Below are positions 14,654 to 26,200 of a stretch of DNA of 64,000 nucleotides, in pieces. The translations under genes and the position numbers were made by a program. The stretch lies in NCBI GenBank assembly GCA_012295275.1, contig CM022671.1, positions 1,302,001-1,366,000 on the forward strand, written 5' to 3'. The stretch comes from Chrysomallon squamiferum. Taxonomy: Eukaryota > Animalia > Mollusca. Every line of letters starts with the position of its first letter. Position 1 is the first letter of the stretch. The notes under the pieces are model-generated. The model searched no databases. It had not been told where the DNA came from and saw only the letters and a program-made list of their open reading frames with translations.

Positions 14654-16639
14654 TGTGTGTGTGCTGCGAGTTAATTCGGAACAGATATGTAACTTAATTT
14701 TTTGTTTAGTCATTATTTGTTTTTATAAATTTAGTCAGGTATGTCTATGTGTAAAAAGTGTTTTGTTTTTACCGTCACATGATACAGGACTGCAGAACGC
14801 AGAATCAGGGTCTAACTCTGGCGGGGGAGAGTCTAATCGGTTGTAAGCCCTTACTGGAGTCGGCTGATAAATATGACTTTGATACACGTTCTTGGACAAC
14901 CATTCAGGCACAAAAGACAGTCCTGGCACAGGCATTACTTTTTCATCTTTTCCGCGAGATTCATTTAGATGTGAAATCACCGTGGCCGCTGCTGATGAGG
15001 ATGTGTAAGAGCTCGTCGTTGCAGGTGCAGTTCTGAAGACGACGGGCTTTGCTGGCAGGTCTAACGAAGCCATGGATGGTGGTCGTATTGGTAAATCTTC
15101 TGACGCCGTCACAGAATACGGCAATCCCAGCGAATGGTTGTTTGCTTTGTGTGGTAAATCTTTGAACTGAGGCGTGTTGTCTGCGAGCCAGTTGTGCACA
15201 GAATTTGGTGGGAAACTTTGCTTAGTTACGCTGTGAAGATGATGAGGAGGAGGTGGTGGTTGACTGTAACACGTGGGAAGCATCCATGGAAACATTTGAT
15301 GATCCTGAGAGCCATTTCTCTCGTTTCGCTCTGATGTCTGTCCTCTTGCAGGGACGTAGCTCATTCCTGGAAATGGAAATTGCACGACGTTCTGTCCCAT
15401 GTTTGGGAAATTAGAATACAGAGGAAAGGGGAACCTTGGGTTTGTTTCTAACCCACTGTGGACTAAATGTCTGTATCTTTCGTTACTTTGAGTTTGTCTA
15501 AGTAAATGATGTGAAGGGAGAGCGTCAAAAGTGTTATTAGTAATGGGAGGAATGTGATTCGAAGTAACTGCTGATGAAGTAAAGATTTGCTGATTTGTAT
15601 CCATTCTTCCTTCATGATTAGCGAAGTTTTGCTGATTTGAAACGACTCTCCTTTCATTATCAACAACACTGCTTGAAAAGAAAGATTGCTGATCTGAATT
15701 AATTCTCCTTTCGTTATCAGCTGCACTAGTTGAAGTAAATTTTTGTTGATTTGAATTAATTCTCCTTTCATGATCATCAGCACTGGTTTCTTGGTTTGAT
15801 TTAACTCTTCTTTCGTGATTAGCAACACTGCTTGAACTAAAGATTTGTTGATTTGAATTAACTGTCCTTGAATGATCAGCGACTCTGCTTGAAGTGAAGG
15901 TTTGCTGATTTGAATTAACTCTTTTTTCCTCATCAGCAGCACTAGCTGAAGTAAATTTGTGCTGATTTGAATTAACTCTTTTTTCCTCATCAGCAGCACT
16001 AGCTGAAGTAAATTTGTGCTGATTTGAATTAACTCTTCTTTCGTGATCAGTAACTCTGCTTGAAGTGAAGGTTTGCTGATTTGACTCAACTGTCTTTGAA
16101 TGATCAACCGAGTTGCTTGTGAGCGGATTGTTTAGGATTTGAGAAAAAACGTCTTCTTTTAGTTTCGTGACGGGTATTTGATAATGCGGTGAAGGGACAA
16201 TACTCTGTGAACTTGTCGCCGATGAATCTGAATCTGTCTTAAAATACGGGTCCTCTGTTTCATTCCGAAAGCTTGTCACTGTCTGTGAACCTTCCGACTC
16301 GACATCATTCTGACAGTCATCATCACTTTCCTCTCTGTTGTCTTCTGACGAATCACAACTCGGAGGTAGTTCGTTATCTGTGGCTAGCGAGTGTTCTGAC
16401 TGGTCACCCTGAGTCTGACTTTCCTGATCGTCCTCGTCTTTGGGAGCTGGGTGAATAAACGGTGTTGGAGAATCAATGATACCGGTCAGAAAAGCAATGT
16501 TTGAGAGAAGGTCAAGGCCGTTGATTGCTGAGAAGGTTTGTATGTCCGGGTTCATGATAAATTTCTCTCTGTAATCAGAAAGTGAGTGTGATTCACCATG
16601 TGTCGCTGCCTTCTGCGGGCAGAATGTAGATTCAGACAT
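13466..16639 (-). CDS. Divergent PRD-class (Q50 paired-like) homeobox protein, 3 coding exons, ~870 aa
   Basis: Exons 16639-14773, 14503-14007, 13714-13466 are phase-consistent (2613 nt). Homeodomain KKKSRTNYTPEQVRSMERIFMENPYPESDVMEELSKTLNIPEQKLK|VWFQNKRARWRKR has the PRD-typical intron between residues 46 and 47. Acceptor at 16660; an in-frame TAG lies upstream of the ATG at 16639. Upstream non-coding exon donor candidates at 17520 and 17628. Confidence 0.88.
15570..16115 (-). repeat. Coding minisatellite, 57-bp (19-aa) unit, ~10 degenerate copies, inside the large homeobox-gene exon
   Basis: The sequence near 15904 recurs 57 nt later at 15961. Translated units include ASAADEEKRVNSNQHKFTS, SRVTDHERRVNSNQHKFTS and TSAADNERRINSDQQSFFS. 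Confidence 0.9.
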
Positions 16640-17624
16640 GTCTGGTGGCACGAGCTATACCTACAGCAGATAAACAAACAGATAAATACATAGATACATG
16701 GATAGAAAAATATATGTATATAAAATTTCAAATAAAGGACGAAACCCACTACCCATCATTCCTTGAGCTGAACAATTTACATGTGCCTTCCCAAGGACAG
16801 GAAAACAAATACCTCGGCTTTTCAAACGCAGTCAAAGATACCGTTCTAGAAAAGTTTTAACTGCATAACCAGGTCTTGTCCCACAAGCAACTAAAAGCTT
16901 ACCATACAACTACACTATACGTAAAAACAAATAAAAACAGACTGATTAGCTTTCTAATAACAAATCCATGGAAATATTCATTAACTGTTAAGTTCCAGAA
17001 AAAAAGTAACGATAATAACAATAATACATTTTTTTACAAATTAAATAATATTAAACCAGACAATGGTGATCTTCGAATCGCATAACAGTCACAGAACAAC
17101 AGATGCACAGATAAACTGACGAAATACACAGTCTAAGGAAAAAGCTCTGAATAATAAACAAGAGTATCAACAATAATGTTTCAGTAAGACGTACGGTAAT
17201 CATAGCGTCTTATAATTCAGCTGTCGATGATAGAAACAATTGTTACAGTTACAGGATATAACGTAAAAAGTATAGAGGTTGGTCAAACATATTTTTGTTT
17301 ATAGGTAACATAAATACTATAATTTACTCCAGCCGTTTTCAGAGTAAAAACATTTTCTTAACAGTCACTATGTCCCTTGATCAGTACTGAATACCGCACT
17401 GTGAACTCGGAAAATGGCTTTCAGTCCCATTATTATTAAAGATTAATGATTAATTTTTATTATTATCACACAAATATCACCTCTATATCAAAAACAAATA
17501 AAATAAAGTATTCACTTACCAGAGCAAAGCAAAGACTTCGCACAAACAAACAGACACGCGTACGTCCACATCGGAATCTCACTGACTGTATTCACGGCTT
17601 GGTGGAGATTTTACTTTTTCTACT

Positions 17625-17787
17625 CACCTGTCGTGAAACACCTGTACGACGTATACCTGGCACACTACACTCAGGTGAGAGCGGAGAACACGCAGTGCTA
17701 AAACAAAGGTGAATTAAAGGTTGTGTCGCTAAACACTAATCACTAATTAGTTTAATAATAACCAGGTGAGTTAATCGTGTCCAGGTA
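17625..17787. promoter_or_regulatory. Cluster of six CAGGT(G/A) sites plus TAAT/TAATTA sites at the 5' end of the homeobox gene
   Basis: CACCTG at 17625 and 17639, TACCTG at 17654, CAGGTG at 17672 and 17763, CAGGTA at 17782; CTAATCACTAATTAG at about 17736-17750. Confidence 0.45.
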
Positions 17788-17991
17788 AGTGTTTATTTCG
17801 TTACGGTGAGGTGATTTTTCGTTTTAGTTTTTATTGCAAGCTTTTGAGATTTAATTATGTGTAATTGGTTTTAAATAAGATTTAATCAGTTATTGTTAAA
17901 TTTGCCAAAGTCCTTCTTTCACTGCCAAAAACTTATGTAAACACAGACACACACATTTATGTGATGTTTGAACGTAGAGTTACATGTTTGT

Positions 17992-18022
<31 letters not shown>

Positions 18023-18156
18023 CCAATTTATATCAAATTTAATTTTGTGTGTATGTGTGTATATATTCACTATAAATTCAAATATAAAAAAAACAAATGA
18101 ATGAAAAGAGATGAAGACAGAATATTTTTATTTTCCTGAGAAACTGAATACATGGT

Positions 18157-18357
18157 TTATTTTCCTATTCTGTAAGGTTGACAGCTCATTCGATTGAACA
18201 TTCGTTTACACTCGAACCCGAGACAGCACCGCATCAGCTGACAGTTGCTTCCCTGTCGTCCACACTGCAACAAACAATGCATAGATAGCCAGTAAATAAA
18301 TAAATAAACAAACAAACAAATAAGAAAGGAAAAAACCCAGATAAATGTTGTAGTAAC

Positions 18358-18394
<37 letters not shown>

Positions 18395-18751
18395 ATAATA
18401 ATAATAATAAGTAACACACACACAAACACATGTATGGAAAAATTAACGTAAATTTAATTTAGCTAGTTTTCTTACTAAATATTACTTACTAGTTACTGTT
18501 TAAAAACGTGTTTAATGCTATTGATTATTACGAATATGATATAATTTTACTCTGTAATTTTTACAACGAAGTGAAAAACTCACCATTCCCCCTCCTGCTC
18601 CTCCAACTCCTCCAATTCCTCCTCCTCCAATCCCTCCTCCTCCAATCCCTCCTCCTCCGACACCTCCCCCAATCCCATTATTCCAGTTGAAAGCCACCGA
18701 GCACGTTGTCAGAGCTAATAACACAACAATCATCAACAGCGACGACTTCAT
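18157..18751 (-). CDS. Secreted Gly-rich + knottin (C-C-CC-C-C) peptide precursor A, 91 aa, C-terminal GK amidation signal
   Basis: Exon 18751-18584 encodes signal MKSSLLMIVVLLALTTCSVA plus FNWNNGIGGGVGGGGIGGGG...GGM and ends at a phase-0 GTGAGT donor. Exon 18264-18157 encodes CGRQGSNCQLMRCCLGFECKRMFNRMSCQPYRIGK*. A non-coding exon 1 ends at 19164 (GTAAGT). TATAAAAA at 19232-19225 and AATAAA at 18132-18127. Confidence 0.85.
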
Positions 18752-18798
18752 TTTTAATCCACGTTTACCTAAACAACAACAACAAGAAGAACTAGTTA

Positions 18799-18951
18799 TA
18801 CATACATATATACAAACATACATACATACATACATACATACATACATACATACATACGTACATACATACATACATACATACATACATACATACATACATA
18901 CATACATACATACATACATACATACATAAATACATACATACATACATACAT
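18799..18951. repeat. (TACA)n microsatellite in intron 1 of knottin gene A
   Basis: Read directly from the sequence. Confidence 0.95.
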
Positions 18952-20458
18952 AGATAAATAAGTAGACAATCAGACAGACAGATAGACATTAATGATATCT
19001 TCAATTTTTCTCAAACCTTCAGAAAACAAACAACAAATATGAAAGAACATACGCGCACACCCACACCCACCCACACGCACACACCCACACCCACACGCAC
19101 ACACAAGGTACCTATAAATTAGTATCACGCATTAACTGGCAATTCCCTTGCCCATACACTTACCTGAGTTTCTTCTTTTCCAAACAAAACAACGGTACTT
19201 ACACAGTAGTTGTAAACCACTGAGTTTTTATACCAAAATCTCTTTCATTAAGATCACCCACATCATAAAGTTGTCACCGTTAACAGACAACTCAGATTTC
19301 ATCACTGCAGATTGAAATACAGGTCCGGTCCTATCCAGCAAAACAAACTGTTACGTACTGAACACGAATACATATTACTACTACACCACGATACTGAAAA
19401 CTTCGTTTTGCTGTACCGTGGTATAAAATACACAGTAAAATCTTTTAAAATGACAAAATAGTTTTGGATGTAATTAATGTACGAGTATTTATTTTATTAT
19501 CTGAACGGAGACCTCTCTAAAACTTACTAGATACGTCCCTTCGAACCAAAGGATTGGAGATAACTTGTTGTTATCTGACTTTCATATATTAATAGCTACA
19601 CAGAAAGTCAGACAGAGTGACAAACAGACACACGTACAGGCCAACCCTTGCATTACTGGTCTGTGTAACAGCTAGTGGCTAAAGGTTAAATGCATCGGAA
19701 TAATACACACCGTGCTATCATGTCACAGAATGAGACGAGTTCTGATAAAATTCTTATCTTGTCACATTACATGACATTTAGATGATTCGCTTCACGGTGG
19801 AATACGACAACATTATTTTATTAAATGTCATTTAATTATTTCTCTAAATGTGACATGGACGTTTTCGTCATTCTATGTCAACAGGGAGCAGTTATTTCCC
19901 TTTATTTTTATTTTATTATTTGTTTTAAAAATTATTATTATTATTATTATTAGTTAAAAATGTAAAAAGATAAAATAACGACGGGTTTCATTTGAGATAT
20001 ATATATATATACAGACTGGGGAAGGTTGTTTTTGCATTTTAACCATTAAAAAATACAAATTGGAAAAAAAAATACTTTTATTATATAGGAGCTATTTTGA
20101 TTGAAATTTTTTGTTAACCTTTAATCAAAATACAAATTATCTGAAAAAATATAATGTGGATGTATTTGATAAACATTTAAATAAAAAACACCAGCTTAAA
20201 ATAATATATTGAGGGCAAAAAAAAAAAATGTTTATTGTCATCTGATAATCTGGCATAAATTCATGTGTGTTTCGTTATGTGCATTTTTTGTCTTAGCTCT
20301 TTCTGAGCATGAAAAACGTCAGCTGTTTTTATTGCAGCGGTGTTTCCTCCAAAAAAAATCTCTTCAGCACATTTCAAGATATCTGTGGACACCTGCCTTT
20401 CTTTTGTTAAGTGTTCAAGTACATGTTTTTCCTAAATATTATTTTCTCATCACTTCTT

Positions 20459-20500
<42 letters not shown>

Positions 20501-21233
20501 AATTACGTAACAGTATGCATGCATTGGGTTATTTTACATTTGTTTTTTCTATAAACTGCAAAAAAGGATACTTTATATGGTTCAACAGTTCCAACCATAC
20601 ATTCTTTAGAAAGATTTTACAATTAATCATAATCGTTCAACAAACACAGTAATGAGATGTTCTTTTACATTGTGTTGTATCATTTTTTTTTTTCTCATTT
20701 CATTTTGTTATATTCATTTTATATCAATTGTACGAACTGTAGGTGCACCTATGTGGCACTTCCGGCACTCAGTGCTAATTTTAGTAACGCGTTGTCACGT
20801 GATCAATTTTAGGACAAACGACTCAGTTCCGAAAGAGAAACAGCTTTTGTTAAACTTACTGAAAAGATATTCCTGGTGCACAAACGATTATTTTGTTTGC
20901 AAAATTCTTGCGATAAAATGCGAATTATATTCGATTTCAGGACAATAAACATAATTATATAAAACAAGAGTTTAATATCAGTAAGTGATTTTTAAAACTT
21001 GTTTCATTTTTGCTTGCAGAGTTGATTAGCTCCAAATATCAGCGATAGTCAGATGATAGGTAACTTTTGTTTGCAGTCAAATCACAGCAAACACAAAACT
21101 GAGAAAACTATCTGACTTACAACACCTGCTCCTGTAATTGCCTTTTGTCTCATGATTACAGACATTTTATTGTCTCTGAAACAACACCTTTCCAGATCAA
21201 AATAATGCTTGTAATCCTTTTATGTAACACACA

Positions 21234-21288
<55 letters not shown>

Positions 21289-22019
21289 CACAGCATCTTT
21301 TTAACTTGTTACCTTTAATATTTAAAATACTTAAGACTGAAAAACCAAGGTACATGTGTAAAGAAAATTATTCTATTGTCCTATCAGAGTTGTTAGACGC
21401 ATCTCTCTTATTTATTTTATTTTTTTCAACGTGGTACCCTGTGACGTTTTAACCACCTTAATTTGTAATAATATGACTTTTAAATGCTCCTAAAGTTCAA
21501 ACATAAATTATGTGAAATTAAAATATAAATAATAATAATCATAAATAAATAAATAAATAAATACATAAAATAACAAAATTGAGGGCAAAAAGGAAGGAAC
21601 GCTGCTCTTTAACAAAAAACAACAAACAAATGTTGAAAACATTGATCAATGCTGATTCATTATTGCTCAAAGTCTACGTAAACTTTTTTCTCAAAGTTTT
21701 ATGACTTAAACTGTCTAAAAAAGTAAGTGATGAGGTTATTCTACGATGCACGTGTATTTGTGCTAATTCCGTACAGATTGGCTCCAGTTTGTAAAAGCGC
21801 TATTGATGTCTAAGTAAATGAACGAACGAAAGAACGAACAAAACCAAAAAATATATAATTAAAATGATGATGATGGTAAATAAATAAATAAATAAATAAA
21901 TCACAAAACAACAAAAATATCGAAAGAGATGTATTTATTCTTACTGACGAACAAACACGTTACTAGAATTCCTTTCGTATCGTGTGACGTTACTCGAGCG
22001 ATATACCTCAGTAAATGTT

Positions 22020-22441
22020 TTACTTGCCAGGGATATTGAGACACCTCAGCGGTCCGTTGTTAGCTCCACGTTTGCATTCCAGACCTAAACAGCATCTCCC
22101 CGCATTACAGTTCTGTCCCAGGCTCAAGCACTGATAAATGAAGAAAATAAATAAATAGTAATTGTAGTAGTAGTAGCAGCATTAGTAAGTGTTGTAGATG
22201 TAGCTCAGCAACTGCTTTACTTGCCAGGGATTTGGTGATGCAGCAGTTGTGGTGGTAGTTATAGTAGTAGTAGTAGTAGTAATAGTAAAAACAGTAGTAG
22301 AAGCAGTAATAGTGGTATCAGTCGTAGCAGTAGAAATAATTCTACGTAGTAACTCTGTAGTAGTATTTTATCTACGTGAAGGAAAAGATGTATGTGGGTT
22401 TTTGTGTTACGTGTACATGTATATAAGTACATGTGTGTGTG

Positions 22442-22519
<78 letters not shown>

Positions 22520-22611
22520 CGTGTTGTATGAGAAACACCGGAGCTGTTGAAAAGTTTCCAAAGGTTTTTTTTTGTTTAACCTGGTCAGGCTAATTTCATT
22601 CTTTTGTTGGG

Positions 22612-22643
<32 letters not shown>

Positions 22644-22855
22644 TTTAATCCCAAAACTTACACGCCTTACCCCACCATTGCCGATTCCACCCCAATTCCA
22701 TTCCCCATTCCTCCGCCAATTCCATTCCCCATTCCTCCGCCGATTCCATTCCCCATTCCTCCGCCGATTCCGTTACCAATTCCCCCGCCATTCCACATAG
22801 CCAGTGTACATGAAGACAATGCCACAATAAGCATAATAAATCCTATGTTGAACAT
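22020..22855 (-). CDS. Secreted Gly-rich + knottin peptide precursor B (paralogue of A); 1-nt frameshift as assembled
   Basis: Exon 22855-22662 encodes signal MFNIGFIMLIVALSSCTLA plus MWNGGGIGNGIGGGMGNG repeats. Exon 22130-22020 encodes CLSLGQNCNAGRCCLGLECKRGANNGPLRCLNIPGK*. One extra G in the run at 22690-22693 gives ...IGGGIGNGGVRR followed by a phase-0 GTAAGT donor. A non-coding exon 1 ends at 23382. TATATAAATA at 23457-23448 and AATAAA at 21939-21934. Confidence 0.78.
22432..22512. repeat. (GT)n microsatellite in intron 2 of knottin gene B
   Basis: Read directly from the sequence. Other CA/GT tracts occur near 8335, 12575, 14620, 20461, 21228, 39769 and 63056. Confidence 0.95.
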
Positions 22856-23103
22856 ATCTAAATCTGAGACAAAAGTCAAAGAATATTTAATTACATTTCA
22901 ATATTAATAGTTATTAACATCAGGCTTATTATTATTACTATCACTGTTACTATTATTATTATTAAAAGTAGTTTTAGAAGTAGTTGTTGTTGTATAAATT
23001 ATCTAACGAAAAGAAAAACGTAATACACCTTAATGTAAATGGTTACCTTTGTTATAGATACAATGCTAGAAGATAATAACAACAACAGGAATAAATCAAC
23101 AGA

Positions 23104-23129
<26 letters not shown>

Positions 23130-23146
<17 letters not shown>

Positions 23147-23270
23147 ATAGGGGAGTTTCGAGATAAAACATTTTAAAGAGTTGTAGTACTGCGAAGCAAT
23201 AATTATAAATAAGATAAAAAACTCAACAATTAAATAATACAATATTTACATTTGATATAGGATACACTAC
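23130..23270 (+). repeat. Short dispersed repeat, copy 2, in intron 1 of knottin gene B
   Basis: (AAAT)n-AGGGG...GTAGTACTGCGAAGCAATAATTA...AAAAAACTCAA...ATTAAATAATACAATATTTA. Confidence 0.7.
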
Positions 23271-26200
23271 TTAAATCTTAAAACATAGTTCATAATCATT
23301 ATTATTAAAAACTATCAATGTCTGCATAAAATATGCATTATTAACAAAACAATATATATATATATATATAGAAGAAGTTACCTTTTTCAGTGTTATTCCT
23401 TCGGTGGTTTTGTTGCCTGTGTTTTCAAATGACTATACATCTACGTGTATTTATATACAAATATATATGCAATTTACATATAAATTATTAGGAGGTGGAA
23501 ATTAATTTTGCTTCAAAATTATTTTTGTTATGTCAAAATTTCTTCACGTTTGTCACAAACAAGAAATATATTGTGATGCTATCGCGTATTGAACTAAGTG
23601 ACTGCTAGTTTTCACACCTACAGAACCTTTCATTAGCATTTTACTGATGTAAAACTGCGATAATGTTCAACAGGAGAAATTTTTAATTGAATTTTCACAC
23701 CGGGTGTTGAGTGTTGTTGAAGAATTTGTTTTGCTGTCTGTGATCGCTTGGGAATCTGTTTAAGGAGAAAAAGTTGTGACAAGCACTTCTTCGCTTTCTT
23801 CTTCTGTCATTTACTTACTTATTTTATTATCTAAAATATTCATGTATTTCATAGGCGCTATTTTTGTTGTTGTTTTAACTTTCATTTGTTATATTTCCCT
23901 TCATCTTGTATTTCGTTTAATGCATCGTTTTCAGTATTAAAGACTAATTTTAATACTTTTTGTTTCTGTTAGGCTTTCTGCATTAATTTCCATTGAAGTT
24001 TGGTGAAATCAGTTGCGTTTGTGTTGTTTAAACAATTACTGCATGTTAAAAAACTTGGTTTATCTTTCAAAGCTATTAATGCATTTAATGAACCGATCAG
24101 AATATGTAACCCATCGGGTGCACCAGTTCACGAAATCGAAGGAACGTCAATACACAAAAAAATAATTACGATATTAGGAAATGCGTTTTAGTAGTGTAAG
24201 GGAAACAACTCCATAACGCTATTTCTATTTCCGTGATCTATACAGGAATAATTATATTAGTTATTTCAAAAGTGTTGTGAAATACTTTAGTCGTCCACAT
24301 TATTAAACCACAGTATAGATAAACAGAATCAGTAGAAATAATCGATCAGTTAATTAATGAATCTGTGAGAAAAAAAAAAAAAAAAAATTTGAAAAATCAA
24401 CTCCCTATAGTCCTTAAATATTTCATCTTTTGCCAGCATTTTACAACTCAAACAAAAAAAAAAAAAAAAAAAATAAAAAATAAATAAATAAGAATAAAAT
24501 AAATAATAATAAAAAAAAAAAAAAAAAATAAATAAATAAAAATAAAATAAATAATAATTAAAAATAAAAAACAAAAATAAATAAAATAAAATAGTGATGA
24601 TCTATGCATTTCATGGAGACTCAGTCTCTCTAGTATATGTGTGTTTAACAATAATAGAGTTGTTTCCCTTAGACCGTGAATTTACGAAAATCATGTTTTC
24701 TTCGCAGCACCGGTGAAATAAACACAAATCAAAAATAATTTCAGTTTATTAACATTTATTGCATTGTATTTCGTATTAAATAATATTTCAGTTTCTATTG
24801 TTTATTTACCTACAAATGATTAATAAGTTGCTTTCCTCAAAATAAATACTTGTCTGCTGTGCTTTTCATTAATTCTGAAATTCCTTTTTATATCAGCACC
24901 TCTAAATGGCTGTCCTGAAGAATAATCTAGTCATTGCTTGTGTCATGGTTATGTGCACAAAACCAAAGAGTGAAAATAAATAAAAGAAATGAAAGGGGCT
25001 GTTCTAAATTCTCCCCAACCCACCAAACAAAAAATAAAGACCACAAGAGAATTTGTTTTATCAGCCATTTAAATTTAACTTTGTAAGGTTACATACTGTA
25101 CATTAGGGAGCTGAAAGCAAGCTGGTGTTGGTGTAAAACAAAAAGCATTTACATTACATGCTTGCCACTAAGTTGATTTTTTGAGTACAATCAAATTGTC
25201 TCCAGATTATATGTCACATGTATCATAGGAATAAAATGCTGCTTGGAAATTCCACTTACAATGAAATGAGCAAATAGTAAAGATTGTTTCTGTTTGCAGT
25301 GTCAAGTAAATTGAAAATAGCTGGAGATAAATAAAAAGTGGTATCACCTAGACAACTAAGAAATCTGCCCTGTCACCAAATGACTGTTGCAGTAGACTCC
25401 ACTGATCTTTTGACCAGCATGATAGTCATTCATTCTGTTCTTTGTTTTTGTTTTGTTTTTTCTCCTTTTAACACTCATCCATACCCTTGGGGGGGGGGGA
25501 GCGAGACAGGGAGAGAGAGAAATCAACAAAATTGATATTTGTTATCAATATTTAATGAAAAGTATACCATTATGCAGTTTGCTGCATAAACTTGTACAAC
25601 TCATAAATAAACATGTCCATCTACAAATAAAAATATTACTGACGTCTAACAAAGTTATTAATTTTGTTTCCTGTGCCACATATATATTTTAAAACAATCT
25701 TCAAACAACCAGGCACACACACATGTAAACACATTAACACTTCAGCACCAATTTATGATATGCAACTTCAACGTTTTTAACATGAATCTTTAAAAAGATA
25801 CTCAAAGTATCTTAACAGAATAAAAACAATAAAAAATAATTAAAAAAAAAAAATAAAGCTGCCATGGTTTTTTAACAGGACATCACCAGTAATGCTTAAA
25901 GCCATTACAAAATAAAAGTATAAAGGAAATAAAATAATTATTACCCTTAAATTTAATTTTTATTATTATTTTGTTTTTATTCATGTACTTGTAATAATAA
26001 TAATAATGGAATTTTGGCAAACCCTAATACCTAGCTTTGTAATCTACAATATATATCAACAAATTAACTTACAAGGATAACAAAATTGCTTTGAAAAACT
26101 GCTGCCAGTGTCATAAATGTGAAATCATTTGATGAGGTAAAAATAAATTCATTTTATTTAACATAAAAGTTAATATGACACAAATATGACCAATGACAGT

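Noticed and set aside
15463-16107. 214-aa alternative-frame ORF in the homeobox exon
   Set aside because: It is explained by a stop-free repeat unit whose length is a multiple of three.
15570-16115. Neuropeptide-precursor or CRISPR-like reading of the 57-bp repeat
   Set aside because: There is no signal peptide or amidation Gly, the repeat is in frame with a homeodomain, there are no unique spacers or cas genes, and the DNA is eukaryotic.
20831-20843. ISRE-like GAAAGAGAAAC between the knottin genes (also GAAACCGGAACT at ~3145 and kB-like 10-mers at ~693 and ~19138)
   Set aside because: Single short A-rich motifs are expected by chance in 64 kb of AT-rich DNA.
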